From Candidatus Moraniibacteriota bacterium (GTDB lineage: Bacteria > Patescibacteriota > Minisyncoccia > Moranbacterales > GCA-2747515), in assembly GCA_038208115.1 (NCBI GenBank), contig JBBQZC010000001.1:77977-141976 (forward strand): a stretch of DNA of 64,000 bases, in the 5' to 3' direction. This document shows, piece after piece, positions 18,866 to 28,365 of the stretch. Numbering within the stretch: the first letter of the stretch is position 1; each line of letters begins with the position of its first letter. The position numbers were made by a program, and so were the translations under genes. The notes under the pieces are model-generated. The model did not search any database. It saw only the letters and a program-made list of their open reading frames with translations, and had not been told where the DNA came from.

Positions 18866-19450
18866 ATGAAAATCATCTCTATTTCTGGCATTGATGGATC
18901 TGGCAAATCCACTCAGATACAGTCACTCAAAAAATATCTTGAAAAAAACGGTGAAAAAGTATACTACTTTCATGCGGTTACTTTTTCTATTGCCAACCTC
19001 CTTCATGGTACAAAAAAAACGAGATTCGACGTCAAAAAACCAGATATCACTCGCGCATCATGGTCAAAAATTCAACTACGTAAAATCGCCCTCTTTTGTG
19101 ACATTGTCCGTTTTCAGTTTCTCATCAGGCGACTATCATGCGCATGTTATACATATATTCTCTCTGACCGATATTTTTATGATATGATCGTCAACACATC
19201 CTATCTCTCTGGCAAAAAATACCTCCCATTTTTCTTGTCGTTTGTTCAAAAACCCAATCATGCATTTTTCCTTTCTGTGGACCCTAATGAAATCATGCGA
19301 CGAGAAAACACACCAGAACAAGGTATAAATTATTTGTTAAAAAAAGATCAGTTATATCAAGATTATTGCAAGACATTTCATTTTACCATTATTGATGGCT
19401 ACGACGAGCCCACTACAATTACAAAACGACTAATTGACACTATTTCCTAA
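18866..19450 (+). CDS. Thymidylate kinase-like P-loop kinase
   Basis: ISGIDGSGKSTQ and SDRYFYD; immediately upstream of the flippase. Confidence 0.8.
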   Translation: MKIISISGIDGSGKSTQIQSLKKYLEKNGEKVYYFHAVTFSIANLLHGTKKTRFDVKKPDITRASWSKIQLRKIALFCDIVRFQFLIRRLSCACYTYILSDRYFYDMIVNTSYLSGKKYLPFFLSFVQKPNHAFFLSVDPNEIMRRENTPEQGINYLLKKDQLYQDYCKTFHFTIIDGYDEPTTITKRLIDTIS

Positions 19451-19478
19451 ATTACATATTGATTTTTAGACATCTTAT

Positions 19479-20951
19479 ATGAAAAATTTTTCTCGCTCAC
19501 TGATTTGGCTTACATTTTCTGAAATATTTTTTACGGCTGCAGGTTATATTATCCACTCTGCACTCGGACGCATTCTTGAACCTGCTGACTATGGTCGCTA
19601 CAGTCTCATCATTACACTCACCACAATGATCGTCATACTAATCGGCAATGGCATACCAACTGCCATGTCCAAATACATTAGCGAGATATTTGAGAGCGAT
19701 CCTTCCCAAATTCGCATGATCAAAAGAAAAACGATCATGCTTCAAACAATTCTGATATGTGCTGTAACTGTCGTATTTTTTCTTGCGTCACCTCTACTTG
19801 CATATGCACTTGGCGACACGACTCTTACACCGCTCTTTCGCATCTCTGCTTTTATCATCCCTGCATTCGCAGCAGCATCATTTTATTTTTATTATTACAC
19901 TGGCTTACATTTCTTTCGCTTACAATCCATCCTCAAAGTGACACGTGCATCTGGTCGCATCATATTTATCATTGGACTTGCATATTTTTTTGGGGTAGAG
20001 GGGGCAATATCTGGATACATTGCCGCACCATTATTTGTTTTCTCCGTTGCCTTCATCTGTGATTTACTCATTACACACCGCTATTTTCCCGCTACAAAAA
20101 CAGGAGAGAGACCTTTGAAAGAAACATATACTTCTTCAAAAATCCTCAACTATGCGTGGCCACTGACATTATTTTTGCTTTTTTATGAATTAATCTCAAC
20201 TATCGATCTATATTTTGTCAAAGCACTTCTTCATAGCGATCATCTCACGGGTATTTATAATGCAGCGATTACGGCTGGTCGCATTCCTTATTTTCTCTTC
20301 TATGCACTTACGATCATTCTTCTCCCAGCCATATCAAAGACGACCTCCGAGCGTAATGACACAGAAACTACCTCCCTCATTGATCGTTCATTGCGACTAA
20401 TGGTATTTATCCTCTTTCCACTTATCACTCTTCTGGTCATCTATAGCAAGCAAACGATCTTGATTATTTATGGTCGCGATTATCTCGAGGCAATCATCCC
20501 AATGGGAATTTATGTTGTTGGTGCTGGATTTCTAACAGTATTTTATGTACTAAGCTTTGTTCTAAATGGTGGTGGATTAGTGAAAATTCCTATGTGGATC
20601 ACATTTTGGGGTCTCCTTTTAAACACCCTACTCAACGTCATACTCATTCCACGATATGAACTCATCGGCGCTTCGTGCTCTGTAATAATAGTATCTTTTA
20701 TACTCATGATTTCATCACTATTCTATATAAAAAAACATTTTCACGTACAGCTCCCGATGATGTTATGGCTCGTATCGATACTCTCCATAATAATTATTAC
20801 AGTCATTTCCAACATCCTTCCACATGGCTCATGGAGCTTCATTCTATCAAGCATTGTTCTTGTCATAATCTATTTTGGTATCTTACGCATTTCAGGACAA
20901 TTCACAAACTATGACGTAACAATGTTTCTGAAATCAAAAAAAAATAAATAA
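19479..20951 (+). CDS. Oligosaccharide flippase (Wzx/MOP superfamily)
   Basis: About 14 TM segments; GRILEPADYGRY, GIPTAMSKYISE, TGIYNAA and LLPAIS. Confidence 0.88.
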   Translation: MKNFSRSLIWLTFSEIFFTAAGYIIHSALGRILEPADYGRYSLIITLTTMIVILIGNGIPTAMSKYISEIFESDPSQIRMIKRKTIMLQTILICAVTVVFFLASPLLAYALGDTTLTPLFRISAFIIPAFAAASFYFYYYTGLHFFRLQSILKVTRASGRIIFIIGLAYFFGVEGAISGYIAAPLFVFSVAFICDLLITHRYFPATKTGERPLKETYTSSKILNYAWPLTLFLLFYELISTIDLYFVKALLHSDHLTGIYNAAITAGRIPYFLFYALTIILLPAISKTTSERNDTETTSLIDRSLRLMVFILFPLITLLVIYSKQTILIIYGRDYLEAIIPMGIYVVGAGFLTVFYVLSFVLNGGGLVKIPMWITFWGLLLNTLLNVILIPRYELIGASCSVIIVSFILMISSLFYIKKHFHVQLPMMLWLVSILSIIIITVISNILPHGSWSFILSSIVLVIIYFGILRISGQFTNYDVTMFLKSKKNK

Positions 20952-20998
20952 ACGATGCGACTGGTCACACATATAAAAATCTAAAATAAAAACTCCAT

Positions 20999-22186
20999 AT
21001 GAAATATTTTACTGGCAAGATTTCCCCAGACCTCACATATCTGTATATTAGTCGAACAATTGTATATTTTTCAAATGGTTTTTTTGCAATATTTCTACCA
21101 GTTTTTTTCTACATCACATTTGGCAATATTACAGACACTTTGATCTTCTATTTAATCGGGGCAATCCTATATATGATACTATTGCCTTGCACCACGAAAC
21201 AAATCGAGCGATTCAATCTGAAAAAATCACTCTACATTTCTACAATTGCAAATATTTTTTTTCTACTTACACTAAGTATCACCACAGCTCACAATATTTG
21301 GTACATGGCCGTCATTGCACAAATTTTCGCTACAATATTTCGCTTATTGTTCTGGTTGCCATATCACACTGCTTTTACCAAGTTTTCAGATCAAAACAAT
21401 CGCATGCGAGAAGTCAGTTTTTTTATGGCGACAATGCACATTGTTGGTGCTATTTCACCATTTATCGCCGGCATTATTCTCAGTATCTCGACATATCAAA
21501 TGCTATTTATTGTTGGCATATGCATTTACGCTCTTTCGATGATCCCTCTGCTGACATTATCAGACGTGCATGAGACATATGCATGGTCTTATGTTGAAAC
21601 ATGGAAAAAATTGTTTGCTAAAAAATATCGCCCAGCTATGATCGCATATTTTGCAGACGGTGCAGAGTCAGCTGTCGGACTAGTTATATGGCCAATTTTT
21701 GTATTTATCCTTCTAAAAGGAGACTATCTCTCAATTGGTATTATTTCTGCTGCTACAATTAGTATCACCGTTTTACTTGAATTATTTGTTGGAAAATATG
21801 CAGATACAGAAATTGATGTAAAAAATATTTTAAAAGTTAATTCAATTTTGTATGCAATTGGATGGATCATGAAAATATTCATCATCACAGGATTTCACAT
21901 ATTTCTTGCAGATGTGTACCACAAGGTCACCAAAGCACTATCACAAAATTCTCTTGACGCTATTACATACGACATATCAGCAGATCAAGGACATTATGTT
22001 GATGAATTTACAGTACTCAAAGAAATCGCATTAAACATTGGAAGAATAAGCTTGTATTCTGCTGCAATTATAATAGTTTTCTTTACAAGTCTCCAATGGA
22101 CATTTCTTTTAGCAGCTATTGCCACAATTCTTGTCAATGCAATTCGATTACAGAAAAAATCAAGTTTTTATTCCTTGCTTTCATAA
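20999..22186 (+). CDS. MFS transporter
   Basis: About 12 TM segments in a 6+6 arrangement; GKYAD motif in the second half. Confidence 0.75.
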   Translation: MKYFTGKISPDLTYLYISRTIVYFSNGFFAIFLPVFFYITFGNITDTLIFYLIGAILYMILLPCTTKQIERFNLKKSLYISTIANIFFLLTLSITTAHNIWYMAVIAQIFATIFRLLFWLPYHTAFTKFSDQNNRMREVSFFMATMHIVGAISPFIAGIILSISTYQMLFIVGICIYALSMIPLLTLSDVHETYAWSYVETWKKLFAKKYRPAMIAYFADGAESAVGLVIWPIFVFILLKGDYLSIGIISAATISITVLLELFVGKYADTEIDVKNILKVNSILYAIGWIMKIFIITGFHIFLADVYHKVTKALSQNSLDAITYDISADQGHYVDEFTVLKEIALNIGRISLYSAAIIIVFFTSLQWTFLLAAIATILVNAIRLQKKSSFYSLLS

Positions 22187-22710
22187 AAATTTTTCAATTT
22201 TTCAATTGCGATTTTACGCATGCTGATTGCATTTTTTTCTTTTTTTGTCATTTCTGCAAACGTATGCTCATATCCATCAGGTACGAATATCTGATCCCAT
22301 GCAAAACCTTCAATACCACATGGAAATACTAAACGCCCATACACGACTCCCTCAAAAAATTGTACGTGCCCAGAATTATTCATATATCCAACGATTGTAC
22401 GGGCGCATGCACTGAAATTTTTATATTTCGCAGCAATATCATAAAGTCCTTCCACACCAATTGTTACTATAAACCATTTGATTAGTGGGCCGGGTAAGCC
22501 ATGCATGCAATCGAGATACAGAGATGTGTCTTCAACAATCATTCGCCCCTTATGATGTTTCCGTGCTTCTTGTAATTTTGCAACAATGATCTTATGTGCA
22601 TCAATTTCTTGGATTTCCGGAAGATCAATATCCAATTGGACAAGACACGGCATAATCTGCCGTGCCTCTTCAAATTTATTCTTACTCCCTGTTACAAAAT
22701 GAATATCCAT
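22168..22710 (-). CDS. Non-canonical purine NTP pyrophosphatase (Ham1/ITPase/RdgB family)
   Basis: FVTGSKNK, LPEIQ, VEDTSL, LPGPLIKWF, FAWDQIF, TFAEM and KNAISMR. Confidence 0.9.
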   Translation of the reverse strand: MDIHFVTGSKNKFEEARQIMPCLVQLDIDLPEIQEIDAHKIIVAKLQEARKHHKGRMIVEDTSLYLDCMHGLPGPLIKWFIVTIGVEGLYDIAAKYKNFSACARTIVGYMNNSGHVQFFEGVVYGRLVFPCGIEGFAWDQIFVPDGYEHTFAEMTKKEKNAISMRKIAIEKLKNFYESKE

Positions 22711-22753
22711 AAAAAATAAATTTTCTCGATGTTCAGAGTTTCATTATTAAACT

Positions 22754-23503
22754 CTATTTAATCTTATATGTTACTGAGACTTTTGATACAAATTGATTTT
22801 CTCCTTCAGGTACAACTGGTGCAGATGATTCCATATCAGCGCTCATCATCGATTTTTCTGCTCCATACATTGGTACAGGATTAACTCCTTCATCACTATA
22901 ATCATAGAAGCTCACGACTTGATCTAAATCAACACCGAGGTCTTTTGCGATCTTCTCCGCATTGACCTTTGCGTCTGCAATTGCCTGTTCACGTAACTTT
23001 TTATTCACAGCTTCGTCATCATCCACAAAAAATGTGAGTTGTGACACATTATCGAGATCAGCGCTATTTACAATATTCAAGACTTGTGACACCGTTTGTA
23101 AGTCACGTATGATCACTTCAACACGCTGTGACACACGATACCCTTCAAATCGTTGCGTACCATTGTCATATGTGTACTCTGGTGCAATATCGTAATTGAT
23201 TGTTTTAATGTCTTTTTCCGCAACAGCTTCTTTTTTAAGTTCACTTACGAGCGTTCCCATTCGTTCATTTACTGATTTTGTGGCTACATCGGTCGATATA
23301 TTTTTTGCTGTCACACCAAAAGATACCTTTGCCGTATCTGGTTTTACAAATGTTTCTGCCTTACCATCTACTGAAATCGTATGTTCAGATACTGAAGAAT
23401 TCATATCAACAGTAATACTTCTCGCAGTAAATACCATATATACCATCAGAGCAAAGATGCCGACAATGCATATTTGCGAAATTAGTTTCGTGTCTAAATT
23501 CAT
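22754..23503 (-). CDS. SIMPL (DUF541) domain protein
   Basis: TISVDGKAE..VKPDTA, DIKT..Y.I.PEY and LREQAIADAK. Confidence 0.88.
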   Translation of the reverse strand: MNLDTKLISQICIVGIFALMVYMVFTARSITVDMNSSVSEHTISVDGKAETFVKPDTAKVSFGVTAKNISTDVATKSVNERMGTLVSELKKEAVAEKDIKTINYDIAPEYTYDNGTQRFEGYRVSQRVEVIIRDLQTVSQVLNIVNSADLDNVSQLTFFVDDDEAVNKKLREQAIADAKVNAEKIAKDLGVDLDQVVSFYDYSDEGVNPVPMYGAEKSMMSADMESSAPVVPEGENQFVSKVSVTYKIK

Positions 23504-23830
23504 GTTTTTTAATATTAATAAATTATGTTTCTATAATATCACATTATAATTTTTGCAACCACTTTTTTTCTAGAGTTTTATCTAGATCAATATGAGGAAT
23601 ATGCGCATCAAAGATTACCATCCTGATGATATTAGAAAAAACTTGTGCGACACTTTCTCGCGATTTTTCCTCTGCCATAAATTTTTCAGGGCGACTCATT
23701 TTTTTTATGAATTAGCAACGTCTGGGCAAATTCATCTACTTCCGCATGCATCCTTCAGTGCAACAAATTTATTAGCATTTTCGATGATTTATTTTGCATA
23801 AATGACAATTCCATGAAATAATCCTCTGAT

Positions 23831-24799
23831 TTACGTGATATCATCTTTTGGTCCTCGAATCACAACAAAGACCTTCTTTGCGATTTTATACACGATAAAC
23901 ACAATTATGCCATAAAGGATCACAATAGGGATCACACGTACTATTAAAACAATCACGAAGTTCACAAATCCCTGCATGTCTTTTAGTAGTGAATTGATGG
24001 TTTCTCTTGCAATTTGCATTGGTCGCCACTGATCAGAAAATGTTACAGTAGTATCTTCTGTTACAGAAATACTGATACGTGCAAAATCCGTCTGTGATTC
24101 CATAAATACAACCTGTCCTTGCAGTCGTTCAATCTCTCCTCGCACTCTGGAAACTTCTCGCGTCACCTCTAATACATCAGAGACCTTCCCTGCTTGATCA
24201 AGAATCTTGAGAAATGATTGCTCCTCCGCTTGTTTATTCTTTATTTGTACCTGTAAATCATGAAATGCCATCGTTACATCCTCACCATATGTAGCCTCAT
24301 TCATTACCAGTGTTGCGACTTTCTTCACAGCATCAAATGTTTCTCCAAAACGATCCACTGGAACGCGTATTTCTATGGTTCCATTTTTGATATTTTGATC
24401 TGTTTGATAAAAATTTGATGAAAAAATCTCACCGTGATTATTCTTGGCGATTGATGTAATATCCTCTAGCGCATGATCAGCATCATTAACCCGCACAGTG
24501 AGACTTCCATTTTTAATTTCTTTTTTTTCTGATTCATTGACCTGCACAGTATCGGAAACCATACCAGCTGATACCGGGGCTGATTCATCCATCATGCCCA
24601 TATAACCATCAGTTACACCATTTTCACGCGATGCGGATGAAAATGACTTACTACTAATCGGTGCAACGTCAAGATTCATCATATTCATTGATTCAATGGT
24701 CTGACGTGACCCACTACTCATACGTAAAGCCGTTATGATTGCCGCCACAAAAATGATGATAATTGCACCTCCGATGACATATTTTTTAAACCTTTCCAT
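23831..24799 (-). CDS. DUF4349 domain protein
   Basis: IRVPVDRF, EDVT and VRGEIERLQGQ; N- and C-terminal TM helices. Confidence 0.85.
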   Translation of the reverse strand: MERFKKYVIGGAIIIIFVAAIITALRMSSGSRQTIESMNMMNLDVAPISSKSFSSASRENGVTDGYMGMMDESAPVSAGMVSDTVQVNESEKKEIKNGSLTVRVNDADHALEDITSIAKNNHGEIFSSNFYQTDQNIKNGTIEIRVPVDRFGETFDAVKKVATLVMNEATYGEDVTMAFHDLQVQIKNKQAEEQSFLKILDQAGKVSDVLEVTREVSRVRGEIERLQGQVVFMESQTDFARISISVTEDTTVTFSDQWRPMQIARETINSLLKDMQGFVNFVIVLIVRVIPIVILYGIIVFIVYKIAKKVFVVIRGPKDDIT

Positions 24800-24847
24800 G
24801 TTTTTGCATATTAATTTTTATAATGATAAATCATGAACGATACTTTT

Positions 24848-26593
24848 TTATTTATCTGAATACTCTTCAAAAATTTGACGCCAGAGATATCGCTTTTGCA
24901 CACCATCCGCAAAATCTGGATCACGCTCATCAATGAAATCTTTTTTTTCTTGATCTGTAACAGCAGACTGCTTTTGCACCATGCGATAAACTGTCAATGT
25001 ACCAAATATCCTTTTTTCCGCTATATCCAAGCATGGTGCAAATTTCGTTAACATATCATTTTGATCTGATTGTGTACGAATGATAATAAAATAATTCCCC
25101 TGTGCATAAATTGTATTGCAACTCGAAAAACCATCCTTCAAAACATCTTTCCGTGAAAGGATCTCCAAAAATGCGCGCTTGTATTCCAATTGTGCATCAA
25201 AAAAGATCGGCTGCTGATTTGCGTGATAAAATGTTGTCATCCACGTTGTAATAATCTGCATTTGTTCATATGTTACTCGTACTTTTTCTTTAAGAATACG
25301 ATCATGATGTGCGATCACAAGCGTAGGCTCAGTCGCTGCACGAGATAATTCATCATAGTATCGTGCCACAAAATAGAGGTTACATGCAACACAAAGACTG
25401 ACTACAATAATGCCCAAGATTCTACCAAATTTCTTATGTTCAGCCATTAATGCACATGGCAACAATCCCAATATGACAAATGCCAATGGAGCATTTAGAA
25501 GAAAAAATCGTGGCGCCAAATCATACGCAAGAGGCGTATATACAAGAAATAACACAACCGACCACACTAATATAATCCGCAAGAAATCTTTTTTCTGTTG
25601 ATCACTTTCTGTGTAATATAAAAACACCCAACTCACAACACCAAGAAAAAGCATCAGTAATGATAGCACCCCACGAACAAGTCCGTGACGACAATCATAT
25701 TGACATTGCAGATCACTGCCACGTAGCTCGGGAATAGCAGCTAATTGATCCCCAGTGAGAATCATCCAGTAAAATTGCGTATGCTGCCCAATATTATAAA
25801 CGAATTTATCCAGAAGAGAATGTGATAATTGATCACCTTCACCACCGCGATCTAAAACGACGTCGATAAATACGGTAGCATTTTCTCCACCAGTTTTAAT
25901 GTCATTGATAATCAATGGAATATTCAAAAATAAAAATACTCCGATTGCCAATATCCAATAACGCAAAGCAATCCATGGTCGAACCCAGATAAAATATATA
26001 ATCGCTATGAGTGGCATTGTCACAAAGGCAACAAAATGCATATTGGTAATAAAAGCTAAGGCAATACTAGCAACTACAAGCCACCATCCAGCATGTTTAT
26101 TTACAGAGTCATTTGTCCGCAGTAGTGCATAGATAAAAAGCAATGTAAATATGAGAATCAAATTTGGATTCCATCCAAATCGACTATACACAATGAGAAA
26201 AAGCGATACTGTAAAAATACTTGTCAACCCACACGACAGCACAGCGTCAAAATATCGTCTCACAAAAACATAAAATAATGGGATAGCTAAAATATTCAAA
26301 ATCAACACAATAGCAACACTCCCAGCAGGTGTGTCTCCAAATACGAGTGCACTACCATATTCTAAATAATACATCAATGGTCCCAATCGCAAAAATGATC
26401 CAGCAGCACGCGGCCCCTGAAGTGGTAATTCACCTGGACCATACTCAATCGCAGCATGCACCACGCGAAAATCGCGCGCCTGGTCCAGTTGATAATGCAT
26501 CCAATCAGCATAGTGATATGCACGTAAAAAAGCACCCACTGCAATAACAAGAAATACAATCCAAAAAATTTTATTATGTAAGAGATTTTTCAT
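24848..26593 (-). CDS. GT-C glycosyltransferase (ArnT/PMT-like)
   Basis: FLRAY...DQARD, PLQGP and SRFGWNPN; many TM segments. Confidence 0.85.
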   Translation of the reverse strand: MKNLLHNKIFWIVFLVIAVGAFLRAYHYADWMHYQLDQARDFRVVHAAIEYGPGELPLQGPRAAGSFLRLGPLMYYLEYGSALVFGDTPAGSVAIVLILNILAIPLFYVFVRRYFDAVLSCGLTSIFTVSLFLIVYSRFGWNPNLILIFTLLFIYALLRTNDSVNKHAGWWLVVASIALAFITNMHFVAFVTMPLIAIIYFIWVRPWIALRYWILAIGVFLFLNIPLIINDIKTGGENATVFIDVVLDRGGEGDQLSHSLLDKFVYNIGQHTQFYWMILTGDQLAAIPELRGSDLQCQYDCRHGLVRGVLSLLMLFLGVVSWVFLYYTESDQQKKDFLRIILVWSVVLFLVYTPLAYDLAPRFFLLNAPLAFVILGLLPCALMAEHKKFGRILGIIVVSLCVACNLYFVARYYDELSRAATEPTLVIAHHDRILKEKVRVTYEQMQIITTWMTTFYHANQQPIFFDAQLEYKRAFLEILSRKDVLKDGFSSCNTIYAQGNYFIIIRTQSDQNDMLTKFAPCLDIAEKRIFGTLTVYRMVQKQSAVTDQEKKDFIDERDPDFADGVQKRYLWRQIFEEYSDK

Positions 26594-26639
26594 CTATTTT
26601 TTACTTATGGATGTTACATGCTCGAGGTGTACTTTTTCA

Positions 26640-28232
26640 TTATTTATTGCTGACATTCCATCGATACACTTGCACATCTCCACGCACAAGTGACGAATCA
26701 TCTATTTTTGTGAAATATGTATCAAAATATTTCTGCGCTTCTTTTTCAATAAATACCTCATCATTATCAGCTATCACCACCCATCCCGACGGGTAGTCTG
26801 CAACAATGTCTTGCACATATTTCATAGTAATCCGCTTCACTTTACCTTCCTCTGCCAATTGCTCCTCCGATCGCTCCGAACCAAAATCAAAAACTGTAAT
26901 ATCTAATCCACTCCAGTAATAATTGCGAAAATTACGCGTAATCAGAACATCGCCCACCTGCGCATTTCGTTTTATATAGTCAAACACTTTTCGATAATTT
27001 GCCGTGTCAGCGCTTGCAGTAATATGATATGTATTATTTTCTTGCATAAAATATCCGTAATTTGGCAAAAAAATGCACCCCGCAATAATAATGGAAATAC
27101 AGCCACCCTTGCATCCACTTGACAGCGTGCTTACATACTCGGCAACACAGACAACTCCTGCTGCTGCTAAGATAAGCCCAAATGGTTGTGCAAAAAATAT
27201 ATACTGTGCACCTACATTGCGTAGCCATAAAAACATCGCCATAAAAAGAAGTCCAAAAAAAGTACTGACAATCCAGATGCCCGCACGAGGATCCTCTTGC
27301 CTCTTGATGAGATGCCATCCACCGACAATCATCATCACCCCACCGAGTAATGGATGCCAATAATTACGCAAAATATGTCCAATATAGCTCCAATGATTTT
27401 CAAAAAATACTATCGTTTGTGAAAAGTACGCCCAATCTGCAGGACGTAGTATTTTTATCAATAGCATCCCCATGCCGATAACGCATACGTAAGAAATATA
27501 TCGTTTTCGCATCACACCGCTACTGAAATATATCATCACGACAAAATAGAGAGATGTAACAATAATAAAATTACCTGTAAGTACATGGAGATGCATCGCC
27601 AAAGCACCACACAAAATTACTGGTACGACATAGATCCATCGCACAGCGAAGAATACACGTATAAAAACACCCTTTCCCGCTTGAACGTTCTCTCCCACAC
27701 GATCCACGCACGATTCAATGAACTGAAAAAGACTCCACATGAATAACAAAAAAACTGGGGCAAACATACTGTACATCCGAATCTTTCGATTGATTTCGAT
27801 CGCTGGCACACTCACTACCCACAAAAAAGTAGCCACGAGAGCAATCCACCGATTTTTTGTAAAACTCAATGTGACAAAATACAAAATAATTGATGTAAGC
27901 ACACCCCATAAAACACTTACCAAACGAGTAGTAAATTCCGTTGGCGGTAAGTACTTGTATAACTGAGCCACTTGCCATCGATAAATCCATGCACGTTCAT
28001 CACTCGCTTCATTGAGACGCACATTTGGCTCACCGTGATTAAAATCCCAAGCCTGCCATTGTCCAGTTTGGAAATATCCATACGTTGCATTCACATCCAA
28101 AAATTCGTCTGCTACAAATGGTGTGCTATCCAAACGCCACAAACGCATACCCATACCAAGTAGCATAATACAAATCAAAACTACATAAAACCATCGATTA
28201 CAACGCAATTCATTCATGAGATGGTTTTTCAT
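26640..28232 (-). CDS. GT-C glycosyltransferase (ArnT/PMT-like)
   Basis: MRLWRLD...DE, RLVSVLWG and RKIRMY; start set at ATG 28232. Confidence 0.85.
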   Translation of the reverse strand: MKNHLMNELRCNRWFYVVLICIMLLGMGMRLWRLDSTPFVADEFLDVNATYGYFQTGQWQAWDFNHGEPNVRLNEASDERAWIYRWQVAQLYKYLPPTEFTTRLVSVLWGVLTSIILYFVTLSFTKNRWIALVATFLWVVSVPAIEINRKIRMYSMFAPVFLLFMWSLFQFIESCVDRVGENVQAGKGVFIRVFFAVRWIYVVPVILCGALAMHLHVLTGNFIIVTSLYFVVMIYFSSGVMRKRYISYVCVIGMGMLLIKILRPADWAYFSQTIVFFENHWSYIGHILRNYWHPLLGGVMMIVGGWHLIKRQEDPRAGIWIVSTFFGLLFMAMFLWLRNVGAQYIFFAQPFGLILAAAGVVCVAEYVSTLSSGCKGGCISIIIAGCIFLPNYGYFMQENNTYHITASADTANYRKVFDYIKRNAQVGDVLITRNFRNYYWSGLDITVFDFGSERSEEQLAEEGKVKRITMKYVQDIVADYPSGWVVIADNDEVFIEKEAQKYFDTYFTKIDDSSLVRGDVQVYRWNVSNK

Positions 28233-28365
28233 AATGTTCTGTATCAATTTAATATATATACCAATTGTAGTGTATTTAAGGGGACTTTGCAATGACATTC
28301 CTTTTCAATCAAGGGATTATTATATATACTACATCTATACACAATAGATATCACATAATCATCAT

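Noticed and set aside
23592-23801. 69-aa plus-strand ORF between the SIMPL and DUF4349 genes
   Set aside because: Antisense to both neighbours, with no motif or SD; the minus-strand frames I tried are interrupted.
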